A DNA stretch of 43,408 nt from Actinobacteria bacterium 21-73-9 (GTDB lineage: Bacteria; Actinomycetota; Acidimicrobiia; Acidimicrobiales; RAAP-2). Position numbers and translations under genes: made by a program. The stretch covers positions 1 to 43,408 of the forward strand of contig NCBE01000004.1 of the NCBI GenBank assembly GCA_002255565.1, in the 5' to 3' direction. Of the stretch, positions 1 to 8,440 are shown one piece after another (position 1 is the first letter of the stretch; every line of letters starts with the position of its first letter). A model generated the notes under the pieces. The model was not told the DNA's origin and searched no databases. It saw only the letters and a program-made list of their open reading frames with translations.

Positions 1-336
1 GCGGGTCTCGCGGTCCTCGCGCAGGGCCGCGAGCTCGCGCTGGAGGGGGTGGTCGGGCTCGAGGGGCGGGAAGTAGGCGAGGAGGTGGACGTTGCGCGCG
101 CCGACGTGGCCGCCGCGATCCTTGGGGAACTCGTTGTCGCGCAGGGACACCTCGAGGCCGCCCACGTGCTCGACGCCCACGCGCGCGCAGGCCTCACGCA
201 TCGCCTCGTGGCTGGCCGTGGTGTCGTGGTCGGTGAGGGCGATCGCGCTGAGCCCGATCTGCGCCGCCCGGACGGCCAGCTCGTCGGGCGTGTCGGAGCC
301 GTCCGAGAAGGTCGAGTGGGTGTGCAGGTCCAGCAT
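1..336 (-). CDS. PHP-domain metal-dependent phosphoesterase (5' part; runs off the window)
   Basis: Manual translation from ATG at 336: MLDLHTHSTFSDGSDTPDELAVRAAQIGLSAIALTDHDT...GLEVS...VHLLAYF. DLHTHS, TDHD, GxE and HxLxY are PHP motifs. TAACGT -10 box lies 6 nt upstream. Not in the ORF track. Confidence 0.9.
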   Translation of the reverse strand, partial: MLDLHTHSTFSDGSDTPDELAVRAAQIGLSAIALTDHDTTASHEAMREACARVGVEHVGGLEVSLRDNEFPKDRGGHVGARNVHLLAYFPPLEPDHPLQRELAALREDRETR

Positions 337-419
337 TGCCGTACGTTAGCCAGCCCCGCGAAGAGCCCTGTGGTTGACTGGGGATTCACGGGTCGACGAG
401 CCCGTAGGCTGGGGGGCGC

Positions 420-1814
420 ATGAAGGAAGCCTGCGGCGTCGTCGCCATCGTGGCCCCGGGCCGGGCGGCCGCCCCCCTGTGCTACGACGCCCTCTACGCC
501 CTGCAGCACCGCGGCCAGGAGTCGGCCGGGATGGCCTGCTTCAGCGACCACCAGATCACCGTCGTGAAGGACAACGGTCTGGTCAGCCACGTCTTCACCG
601 AGTCGACGCTGCGCGCGCTGCCCGGGTCGATCGTCATCGGCCACACGCGCTACTCCACGTCGGGCTCGGCCAACTGGACGGCCGCCCAGCCGGTCTACCG
701 CTCGGCCGGCCCGTCGGGCTTCGCCCTGGCGCACAACGGCAACCTGACCAACACGGCCGCGCTCGCCGAGGGGGCCGGGGTGCTCGTCGCCTCGATGCTC
801 TCGGACTCGGACCTCGTGGCCGAACTCCTCGCGCGCGAGGTCGACGCCGGCGTGCCCCTCGACGAGGCGCTCGGGGTGGTGCTCGCCAAGGCCGAGGGCG
901 CCTTCTCGCTGGTGGTGCTGGAGGCCGGACGGGTGCACGCGGTGCGCGACCCCTACGGCTTCCGGCCGCTCTGCCTGGGCCGGCTCGGCCCGGCCGAGGC
1001 GCCCGAGGGGTGGGTCGTCGCCTCCGAGACGCCGGCCCTCGACACCGTGGGGGCGACCCTCGTGCGCGAGGTGCGCCCGGGCGAGATGGTCACCCTCGAC
1101 GAGACCGGCGTCGAGGCCCGCCAGCTCCTCGAGCCCGCCGCCGGGCCCGAGCGGCTCTGCGTCTTTGAGTTCGTCTACTTCGCCCGGCCCGACGCCTACC
1201 TCCTCGGCCACGAGGTCCACACGGCCCGCCGGCGCATGGGCGAGCGCCTGGCCCACCAGGCCCCGGTCGAGGCCGACCTCGTGATGGGCGTGCCCGACTC
1301 GGGCGTGCCGGCGGCCGAGGGCTACGCCGCGGCCTCGGGGACGCCCTTCGCCCACGGGCTGGTGAAGAACCGCTACATCGGACGCACCTTCATCGCCCCG
1401 GGCCAGGACGCCCGCGCCGAGGGCGTGCGACGCAAGCTCAACCCGCTGCGCGAGACGATCCGCGGCCAGCGTCTCGTGGTCGTGGACGACTCGATCGTGC
1501 GCGGCACGACGACCCGCGCCCTCGTGCGCATGCTGCGCGAGGCCGGCGCGCGCGAGGTCCACCTGCGGATCAGCTCGCCGCCCTTCTTATGGCCCTGCTA
1601 CTACGGCATCGACACCCCGACGCGCGAGGAGCTGCTCGCGAGCCACCACACGGTCCCCGAGATGAACGACTACCTCGGCTCGGACAGCCTCGAGTTCATC
1701 ACCCTTTCGAACCTGCGCGCCGCCATCGGGGTGGCCGAGGAGTGCTGTGACGCGTGTCTGACCGGTCGCTACCCCGCGCCGATCCCGGTGACCCTGGGCG
1801 TGGGGCGGGCGTGA
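420..1814 (+). CDS. purF: Amidophosphoribosyltransferase
   Basis: N-terminal EACGV nucleophile Cys, LQHRGQESAG, GHTRYST, AHNGNL, PRPP loop VVVDDSIVRGTT, and Fe-S cysteines PCYYGID and CDAC. Confidence 0.97.
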   Translation: MKEACGVVAIVAPGRAAAPLCYDALYALQHRGQESAGMACFSDHQITVVKDNGLVSHVFTESTLRALPGSIVIGHTRYSTSGSANWTAAQPVYRSAGPSGFALAHNGNLTNTAALAEGAGVLVASMLSDSDLVAELLAREVDAGVPLDEALGVVLAKAEGAFSLVVLEAGRVHAVRDPYGFRPLCLGRLGPAEAPEGWVVASETPALDTVGATLVREVRPGEMVTLDETGVEARQLLEPAAGPERLCVFEFVYFARPDAYLLGHEVHTARRRMGERLAHQAPVEADLVMGVPDSGVPAAEGYAAASGTPFAHGLVKNRYIGRTFIAPGQDARAEGVRRKLNPLRETIRGQRLVVVDDSIVRGTTTRALVRMLREAGAREVHLRISSPPFLWPCYYGIDTPTREELLASHHTVPEMNDYLGSDSLEFITLSNLRAAIGVAEECCDACLTGRYPAPIPVTLGVGRA

Positions 1815-2866
1815 GCCGGCTCCTCGAGGTCGAGGGACGGCGGACCTACGCCGAGGCGGGCGTCTCGATCGCGGCCGGCGAGGCGGCCGTCGCGCGCTTC
1901 GCGCCCTCGGCCGCCGCCGCCAGCCGTCCCGAGGTCCTCGAGGGGCTCGGGGGCTTCGCCGGGCTCTTCGCCCTGCCCGCGCGCTACCGCGACCCGGTGC
2001 TCGTCGCCTCGGCCGACGGGGTCGGCACCAAGCTCGAGGTGGCCCGGCTCGCCGGGCGCTTCGACACGGTGGGGATCGACCTCGTCGCCATGCTCGTGGA
2101 CGACCTCGTGTGCACCGGCGCCGAGCCGCTCTTCGTGCTCGACTACGTGGCCGTCGGCGCGCTCGACCCGGCCCGGGTCGCCGAGGTCGTCGCCGGCGTC
2201 GCCGAGGGCTGCCGGCGCGCCGGCGCGGCGCTGCTCGGCGGCGAGACGGCCGAGCACGGCGGGGTCATGAAGCCCGACGAGATCGACCTCGCGGGCTTCG
2301 CCGTCGGCGCGGTCGAGCGCGACGGGCGTCTAGGGAGCGACCGCGTCGCCGAGGGCGACGCCCTCGTCGGTCTCCACTCGCCCAACCTGCGCTCCAACGG
2401 CTTCACCCTCGTGCGCGAGGTCCTGCTCGCCGACCCGGGCGCGCTCGAGCGCCCGGCCTACGCGGGGTGTGCCGAGACCCTCGCCGAGGTGCTGCTCTCA
2501 CCCTCGGTGATCTACGCCCCCGGGGTGCTCGCGCTGCGCGAGAGCCTCGGCCCGGCGCTGCACGCCGCCGCCCACGTCACCGGCGGGGGCATCGTCGGCA
2601 ACGTCGCGCGCCTCCTCCCCGAAGGCCGGCGCGCGCTGATCGACCTGGCGGCCTTCCCGACCCCGGAGGTCTTCTTCGAGATCCAGCGGCGCGGCCCGGT
2701 GGGTCCCGACGAGATGGTGCGGGTCTTCAACTGCGGGCTCGGGATGGTCCTCGCGCTCGAGCCGGCCCACGCCCCGGCGGCCGTCGCCCGCCTCGGCGCC
2801 GCGGGCTACCCCGCGTCGGTCGTCGGCGAGGTCGTGGCCGGCGAGCGGGGGGTGACCCTGCGATGA
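1811..2866 (+). CDS. purM: Phosphoribosylformylglycinamidine cyclo-ligase (AIR synthetase)
   Basis: YAEAGV, GGFAGLF, DGVGTKL, GIDLVAM, GAEPLF, GGETAE, HVTGGG, FNCGLGM. GTG start overlaps the purF stop (GTGA). Confidence 0.96.
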   Translation: MSRLLEVEGRRTYAEAGVSIAAGEAAVARFAPSAAAASRPEVLEGLGGFAGLFALPARYRDPVLVASADGVGTKLEVARLAGRFDTVGIDLVAMLVDDLVCTGAEPLFVLDYVAVGALDPARVAEVVAGVAEGCRRAGAALLGGETAEHGGVMKPDEIDLAGFAVGAVERDGRLGSDRVAEGDALVGLHSPNLRSNGFTLVREVLLADPGALERPAYAGCAETLAEVLLSPSVIYAPGVLALRESLGPALHAAAHVTGGGIVGNVARLLPEGRRALIDLAAFPTPEVFFEIQRRGPVGPDEMVRVFNCGLGMVLALEPAHAPAAVARLGAAGYPASVVGEVVAGERGVTLR

Positions 2867-3417
2867 GCGACGCCCGCGAGCGCGTGCTCGAGCACCTCCT
2901 CGCGCACTCGGTGCGCCGGGGTGACTTCGTCTTGAAGTCGGGTCGGCGCTCGAGCTGGTTCATCGACTCCAAGCAGACGATCTGCGCGGGCGAGTCGATG
3001 ATGGACGTGGCCCTCTTGGTGCTCGGCACGATGCCCGCCGAGGCGACGGCGATCGGCGGACTCACGATGGGCGCCGACGGGCTCAGCTTCATCACCGCGG
3101 GCGTGGCCGCGACGACGGGGCGCGAGCTGCGGGCCTTCAGCGTGCGCAAGGAGGTGAAGGACCACGGCGCGGGCGGCAGGATCGCCGGCTGCCTCGCGCC
3201 CGGCGACCTCGTGGTCGTGACCGAGGACACCGTCTCGCGGGGCACGAGCCTGCTCGAGGCGGCCCGCGTCGTGCGCGACGCCGGCGCCGAGGTCGTGATG
3301 GTCATCGCCCTCGTCGACCGCGGCGGCACGGCCGCGGCGATGTGCGCGGCCGAGGGGATCGAGTTCCGCGCGCTCTTTGGCGCCCCGGACCTCGGCTTCG
3401 ACTACGAGGGCGCCTAG
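2863..3417 (+). CDS. pyrE: Orotate phosphoribosyltransferase
   Basis: GDFVLKSGRRSSWFID, GGLTMGAD, VRKEVKDHG, VVTEDTVSRGTS, LVDR. ATGA overlap with purM. Confidence 0.92.
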   Translation: MSDARERVLEHLLAHSVRRGDFVLKSGRRSSWFIDSKQTICAGESMMDVALLVLGTMPAEATAIGGLTMGADGLSFITAGVAATTGRELRAFSVRKEVKDHGAGGRIAGCLAPGDLVVVTEDTVSRGTSLLEAARVVRDAGAEVVMVIALVDRGGTAAAMCAAEGIEFRALFGAPDLGFDYEGA

Positions 3418-4463
3418 CCGGCCAGGACGTCGAGCACCCGGGCCCGCCACGCGGCGAGCGCCGGGTAGGCCTCCTCGGGGGTGTGGCCGAAGCGCAGCAC
3501 CAGCGCGTCGAGCGCCGGGGCGACGACGATCATCTGGCCCTCGTAGCCGCTCGCGAAGTACGAGCCGTGGGCGTCGCCGGTCACCCACCAGTGCCAGGCG
3601 TAGTACTCGCCGGACTCCTCGTCGCGCCCGGTCGGGCGCTGGGCGGTGGCCACCCACTCCTCGCTGAGGACGCGCCGGCCGTCGACCACGCCGCCGCGCA
3701 GGTAGAGCAGGCCGAAGCGCGCGAAGTCGAGCGCCGTCGCGTGCAGAAAGCTCGAGGCGACAAAGACCCCACGCCCGTCGAACTCAGCCCGCGCCGCCAT
3801 CCTCAGGGGGCTGAGGAGGCGCTCGTCGATGAAGCGTTGGTAGGCCTCGCCGCGGCCGACCTGGTCGGCGACGATCCGGCTCACGATGTTGGTGGTGCCC
3901 GAGGAGTAGCGGAAGGCCGCGCCCGGCGCCTCGACGAGCGCCTTGGCGGCCGCGAAGCCCGCGGTGTCGGCCTTGGCCTCGCCGAAGAGCATCTCGACCA
4001 CGTCGCTCGCGCCGTCGAGCTCGTAGACCTCGCTGAAGGCGAGGCCGCTGCGCATCGCGAGCAGGTCCGCGAGGGTGATCGCGTGGCGCGGGTCCGCGGG
4101 GTCGGCCCACTCGGGCACCGGGGCGCGCGCCGCGGGGTCGAGGCGGCCCTCGTCGACGAGGATCCCCACGAGGGCGTGCAGGACCGACTTGGCCATCGAC
4201 CAGCTGAGGAGCTCGGTCGTCGGGCCGACCTCCTCGGCCGGCCGATCGAAGTGGGGCCGCAGCCCCCCGTAGCGCTCGGCGACGACGGCCCCCCCGCGCA
4301 CGACCACCACCGCGTTGGTCTCGCCGTAGCGGGGGTCCTCGAAGGCCTCGTCGAGCAGGGCCCCCAGCCCCGCGGGCGCCTGCGCCCGGGGCCAGGCCTC
4401 CCGCGGCCAGGGGGCGAGAGAGGAAACGACGGCCGGGGTCACGTCGGGCAGGTCCGAGGGCAC
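3414..4463 (-). CDS. Serine hydrolase, beta-lactamase class C-like family
   Basis: SWSMAKS (SxxK), LLAMRSG, FRYSSG, DFARFGLLYL, ASGYEGQ. Start moved to GTG 4463 (4478 is an alternative) because the track start lies inside tRNA-Phe. Confidence 0.88.
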   Translation of the reverse strand: MPSDLPDVTPAVVSSLAPWPREAWPRAQAPAGLGALLDEAFEDPRYGETNAVVVVRGGAVVAERYGGLRPHFDRPAEEVGPTTELLSWSMAKSVLHALVGILVDEGRLDPAARAPVPEWADPADPRHAITLADLLAMRSGLAFSEVYELDGASDVVEMLFGEAKADTAGFAAAKALVEAPGAAFRYSSGTTNIVSRIVADQVGRGEAYQRFIDERLLSPLRMAARAEFDGRGVFVASSFLHATALDFARFGLLYLRGGVVDGRRVLSEEWVATAQRPTGRDEESGEYYAWHWWVTGDAHGSYFASGYEGQMIVVAPALDALVLRFGHTPEEAYPALAAWRARVLDVLAG

Positions 4464-4483
4464 GGGCCATTGTGGCACCGTCG

Positions 4484-4556
4484 TGGTCGAGACCGGCGTC
4501 GATCCGGTGACCTCACGCTTTTCAGGCGTGCGCTCTACCAACTGAGCTACTCGACC
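4484..4556 (-). tRNA. tRNA-Phe(GAA)
   Basis: GGTCGAGTAGCTCAGTTGGTAGAGCGCACGCCTGAAAAGCGTGAGGTCACCGGATCGACGCCGGTCTCGACCA folds as a cloverleaf; anticodon arm CACGC-CTGAAAA-GCGTG. Confidence 0.96.
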
Positions 4557-4577
4557 TCGTCACCCGAGGGTGCCGAG

Positions 4578-4652
4578 CGGACCTGACGGGATTTGAACCC
4601 GCGACCTCCGCCTTGACAGGGCGGCGTGCACTCCGAGCTGCACCACAGGTCC
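4578..4652 (-). tRNA. tRNA-Asp(GTC)
   Basis: GGACCTGTGGTGCAGCTCGGAGTGCACGCCGCCCTGTCAAGGCGGAGGTCGCGGGTTCAAATCCCGTCAGGTCCG; anticodon arm CCGCC-CTGTCAA-GGCGG; T-loop TTCAAAT. Confidence 0.96.
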
Positions 4653-4721
4653 ACGCGCGCCGCGGGCGAGCCCGTGGCGCGAGGGGCCAGTCTATCGCCT
4701 GGCCCGACGACCCCCCGGGGC

Positions 4722-5108
4722 TCAGTCGCCGGTGGCGCCGGTGAGCACCAGGCAGAACGGGTGGCCGATGGGGTCGAAGAAGACCCGGAAGGTCGTGCCC
4801 GGCTGGTGGTCGGCCCTCGTCGCGCCGAGCGCGAGCGCGGCGGCCTCGCCCGCGTCGAGGTCGTCGACCGAGAAGTCGAGGTGGAGTCGCTGGGGTTGGG
4901 GACCCTCGGGCCACGTGGGCGCTGGGAGGGCCCCGACGCGCTGGAACGCGAGGGTGGGGGCGCCGTGGTTGTCGAGCTCGACCCACTCGACCGACTCGGG
5001 CGGGCCCCCGAGGGGCGCGACCGCCAGGCCCGTGAGCGCACCGTAGAAGTGGGCGAGGGCCACCGGGTCGGGGCAGTCGATGGCCACGAGGCTGAAGGTG
5101 GCGCGCAT
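4722..5108 (-). CDS. VOC/glyoxalase-like family protein
   Basis: VAIDCPDPVALAHFY, LAFQRV, PTWP, LHLDF, DPIGHPFCL. TACGCT -10 box 6 nt upstream (leaderless). Confidence 0.9.
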   Translation of the reverse strand: MRATFSLVAIDCPDPVALAHFYGALTGLAVAPLGGPPESVEWVELDNHGAPTLAFQRVGALPAPTWPEGPQPQRLHLDFSVDDLDAGEAAALALGATRADHQPGTTFRVFFDPIGHPFCLVLTGATGD

Positions 5109-5315
5109 GGGCGAAGCGTAGCCACGCCCCGGGCTCGGAGAGACGTTACGAACATCGCGGAACGTCGCGCGAGGGGCCTCGCGTCCCGAGTGCGCCGGGC
5201 CGTCGTCCGCCCGGCGACCCGGGTGAAATACCCCGAAACGCCCAACCGCTTCACTACTGTCGATTGCGTCGGCCGCTCGACGTTCCCCACCTCCGCGCGG
5301 CCGGGAAGGAGTCCC

Positions 5316-8243
5316 GTGGCGAGCACGCTAGGCCGGCGCTACCAGTACGGCGCGAGCTTTGTCGACCAGGCGTCGGGCATCCGCTTCGAGGGACACCATC
5401 CCTTCGAGCGCCCCGACCTGTGGCGGATCTACCTGAACGAGGCCGAGGGCGCCTACAAGGGCTACGGGGTCGAGGAGTCGCTCAGCCGCCGCGACCTCGA
5501 GGACGGCGTCGGGGTGCCCCTCTTCTTCCTCGGCTTCAACGCCGAGGGCGAGGCCGTCGCCGGGGTGAGGTTCCACGGGCCCCTCGAGAGCCGCCACCAG
5601 GCGGCGATCGTCGACGAGATGGGCGGGTCGAGCGAGATCGAGGAGATCGGCTCGCTGATCGACGCCGAGGTGCGCCTGGGCGCGATCGAGGTCAAGGGCG
5701 CCTGGTCCAAGGGCGAGCAGGTGGTGGGCACCCGGCTCGTCCAGACGATCTCGCGCTCGGTCACCCACGCGATGACCTGGCTCGGGGCCGAGTTCGCCGT
5801 CGCGGCCATCCGCCAGGAGCTCCTGGCGATCGGGGTGCCCACGGGGGCCCGCCAGATCGGCGCCGAGGCGGTGCCCTACCCCGACGAGCGCTACCGCACG
5901 ATCGCGGTGTGCTGGCGCCGGGCCCGCACGCCCGAGCTCTCGACGCCCGAGCACCAGCTGGCCCTTCGCCGCGAGGCCGAGGAGCTCGCCCGCGGCGCCG
6001 GCGCCGGCGCCCTCTCGCCGATCGACCCGGCCCACACCCGCACCCACTCGTGGCGGCCCCTCGTGATGGACGGGGCGAGCCGGACCGAGCGCGAGGTCCT
6101 GCGCATCTTGCGGGCCGACCCGTCGCTGCAGATCATCGACCGCTACGCCGAGCAGCGCGACCAGCTGGGCGACCTCGCGCCGCGCCCGCCGGGCTCGATC
6201 CTCGATGAGGGCGGCCGGTGGGTCTACTACCCGTGGCGCCGCGCCGTCGTGCGCCTGCTCGCGCCGCGCGCCTTCAACACCTTGCGCCTGGACCGCAACC
6301 ACAACAAGATCACCGCCGAGGAGCAGGGGCGTCTGCGCCGGCTCCGCGTCGGGGTGATCGGGGTGAGCGCCGGTCACTCGATCGCCCACGGGCTGGCCAT
6401 GGAGGGCGTCGTGGGCGAGCTGCGCCTGGCCGACTTTGACACCATCGAGCTCTCCAACCTCAACCGGATCCCGGTGAGCGTCATCGACCTGGGCGTCAAC
6501 AAGGCCGTGGTCGCCGCGCGACGCATCGCCGAGGTCGACCCCTACCTCAGCGTACGGGTCGAGACCGAGGGCATCACCCGCGAGAACCTGCCCGCGTTCC
6601 TCGACGACCTCGACCTGGTCGTCGAGGAGTGCGACTCGCTCGACGTCAAGTTCCTGGTGCGCGAGCTCGCCCGTGAGCGGGGCATCCCGGTGGTGATGGA
6701 GACGAGCGACCGCGGCGTGCTCGACGTGGAGCGCTTCGACCTCGAGCCGGACCGCCCGCTCTTCCACGGGCTGATCGGCGACATGGACTACGCGACGCTC
6801 GCGGACCTCGCGCTGCCCGAGAAGTCGGCCATCGTGCTGCGGATGCTCGGTGCCCGCGAGGTCTCGAGCCGCAGCGCCGCCTCCTTCGTCGAGCTCGGCC
6901 AGACGGTGACCGGCTGGCCCCAGCTCGCGAGCGAGGTCACCCTCGGCGCGGTGTCGGTCGCCGCGGCGGTGCGTCGACTCGGGCTGAAGGGCGACCTGCC
7001 CTCGGGCCGCGTGCGCGTCGACATCGAGGAGATCCTCGACGACCTGGCCCCGGTCGAGCTCGCCGAGGCGCCCGACCTCGAGACGCCCCCGCCCGAGGAG
7101 CCCCCGCTCGAGAGCGACGACCCGGTCACGCTCATCGTCGATGCCGCGCGGCGCGCGCCCTCGGGCGGCAACATCCAGCCGTGGCGCTTCGAGGCCGACG
7201 AGGACGAGGTGCGCTTCTATCTCACCCCGGAGCGCACGACGCGCATGGACGTCGAGCACCGCGCGGGCTACCTGGCTCTCGGTGCGGCGCTCATGAACGC
7301 CCGGATCGCCGCGGCCTCGGTCGGCCGGCTCGGCGCCGTGCGACTCTTCCCCTCGGGGGCGAGGTCCAACCACGTGGCCACCCTGGAGCTGGGCCGCGAG
7401 CGCGACCACCAGCTCGCGCCGCTACTCGGCGCGGTCGCCACCCGCACGGCGAACCGCCGTCCGGGCTCGCCCCAGGCGATCGAGCCCGAAACGCTGGCCG
7501 ACCTCGCCCGGGGGGTCGAGCGCGAGGGGGCCCGCCTGCGGATCGTGACCGAGCGCGACCCGCTCACCGAGGTCGGCCGGATCCTCGCCGAGTCGGACCG
7601 GCTGCGCTTCTTGCTGCCCGAGCTCCACGGCGAGATGGTGGGCGAGCTGCGCTGGCCCGGCCTCGACTCGCTCGAAGAGGGCCTCGACGTGCGGACCCTC
7701 GAGATGGACGCGATGTCGACCGCCCTGCTCGAGGTGCTGAGCCGGCCCGAGGTGCTCGACCACGTGGCCCGCTGGCGCGGGGGGCGCAACCTCGGCCTGC
7801 GGACCGCGGCGATCATCGCCTCGAGCTCGGCGGTGGCCGCGATCACGGTGCCCCGACCCGACCCCGCGTGGTTCGTGCGTGGGGGCGGGGCCCTCGAGCG
7901 GTTCTGGCTCGAGACCGACGTGGCCGGCCTGGCCGTCCAGCCGGTGTCGCCCGTCTTCCTCTTCGCCCAGGACGAGGAGGAGCTGCTCGACCTGGCGGGG
8001 GAGCGCCACGTCGAGGAGATGGCCAACCTGCACTGGCAGTTCCGCCGGTTCTGGGAGCTCGAGGAGACCGAGACCCTGGCCATGGTGGTGCGGGTCTCGC
8101 ACGCCCCGCGCCCCAGCGTGCGCAGCGTGCGGATCCCCCTCGCCGAGGTCCTCAGCCGCGGGGAGACCCCGGCGAGCAGCCCCTCGACGCGGGCCTTCGA
8201 CGCCCCCCCGTTCGACGCGTACTCGGCGACCTGGAAGAACTAG
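5316..8243 (+). CDS. Tri-domain fusion: Rv1356c-like putative N-acyltransferase + ThiF/MoeY (Rv1355c-like) adenylase + nitroreductase-fold domain
   Basis: GTG start after AGGAG. N-terminal PDLWRIYL..A..AY..YGVE, LFF, G.R.HGPL, IEVKGAW and YPDERYRT match my recollection of M. tuberculosis Rv1356c. Middle WVYYPW, RLDRNHNKIT, GVSAGHSIA, ADFDTIELSNLNR, EECDSLD, WPQLASEV is Rv1355c/ThiF-type. C-terminal RAPSGGNIQPWRF and RTANRR is nitroreductase-like. Confidence 0.88.
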   Translation: MASTLGRRYQYGASFVDQASGIRFEGHHPFERPDLWRIYLNEAEGAYKGYGVEESLSRRDLEDGVGVPLFFLGFNAEGEAVAGVRFHGPLESRHQAAIVDEMGGSSEIEEIGSLIDAEVRLGAIEVKGAWSKGEQVVGTRLVQTISRSVTHAMTWLGAEFAVAAIRQELLAIGVPTGARQIGAEAVPYPDERYRTIAVCWRRARTPELSTPEHQLALRREAEELARGAGAGALSPIDPAHTRTHSWRPLVMDGASRTEREVLRILRADPSLQIIDRYAEQRDQLGDLAPRPPGSILDEGGRWVYYPWRRAVVRLLAPRAFNTLRLDRNHNKITAEEQGRLRRLRVGVIGVSAGHSIAHGLAMEGVVGELRLADFDTIELSNLNRIPVSVIDLGVNKAVVAARRIAEVDPYLSVRVETEGITRENLPAFLDDLDLVVEECDSLDVKFLVRELARERGIPVVMETSDRGVLDVERFDLEPDRPLFHGLIGDMDYATLADLALPEKSAIVLRMLGAREVSSRSAASFVELGQTVTGWPQLASEVTLGAVSVAAAVRRLGLKGDLPSGRVRVDIEEILDDLAPVELAEAPDLETPPPEEPPLESDDPVTLIVDAARRAPSGGNIQPWRFEADEDEVRFYLTPERTTRMDVEHRAGYLALGAALMNARIAAASVGRLGAVRLFPSGARSNHVATLELGRERDHQLAPLLGAVATRTANRRPGSPQAIEPETLADLARGVEREGARLRIVTERDPLTEVGRILAESDRLRFLLPELHGEMVGELRWPGLDSLEEGLDVRTLEMDAMSTALLEVLSRPEVLDHVARWRGGRNLGLRTAAIIASSSAVAAITVPRPDPAWFVRGGGALERFWLETDVAGLAVQPVSPVFLFAQDEEELLDLAGERHVEEMANLHWQFRRFWELEETETLAMVVRVSHAPRPSVRSVRIPLAEVLSRGETPASSPSTRAFDAPPFDAYSATWKN

Positions 8244-8245
8244 CC

Positions 8246-8331
8246 GCCCGGACCGGGTCGGGCCAAATCACAACACAATCACAACGGACGGGTCCCTCGG
8301 CCACAATTCGGGCCCGTCGCCCGGTCCGGGC
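8246..8331. promoter_or_regulatory. 12-bp inverted repeat enclosing tandem AATCACAAC direct repeats, upstream of the GGDEF-EAL gene
   Basis: GCCCGGACCGGG (8246-8257) is the exact reverse complement of 8320-8331. AATCACAAC occurs at 8266-8274 and 8277-8285 (11-bp period). Confidence 0.5.
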
Positions 8332-8440
8332 CCGCTCGCCCCTTGTGGGGACGGGTGGGGCCCAATTACTGTGGGGAGCGGACTTCGTGTGCTGAGACTC
8401 ACCCGACATCCGCTGACCGATCCGAACGTGGGGCACGGGT

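Noticed and set aside
4464-4541. N-terminal extension of the serine hydrolase
   Set aside because: Most of it is read through tRNA-Phe.
4626-5315. 1205-aa version of the synthase ORF
   Set aside because: The extension overlaps tRNA-Asp and an antisense VOC gene; an RBS plus GTG at 5316 gives a better start.
5109-5315. c-di-GMP riboswitch upstream of the synthase
   Set aside because: Small GAAA-containing hairpins exist, but I could not match class I or II consensus; an Rfam scan would settle it.
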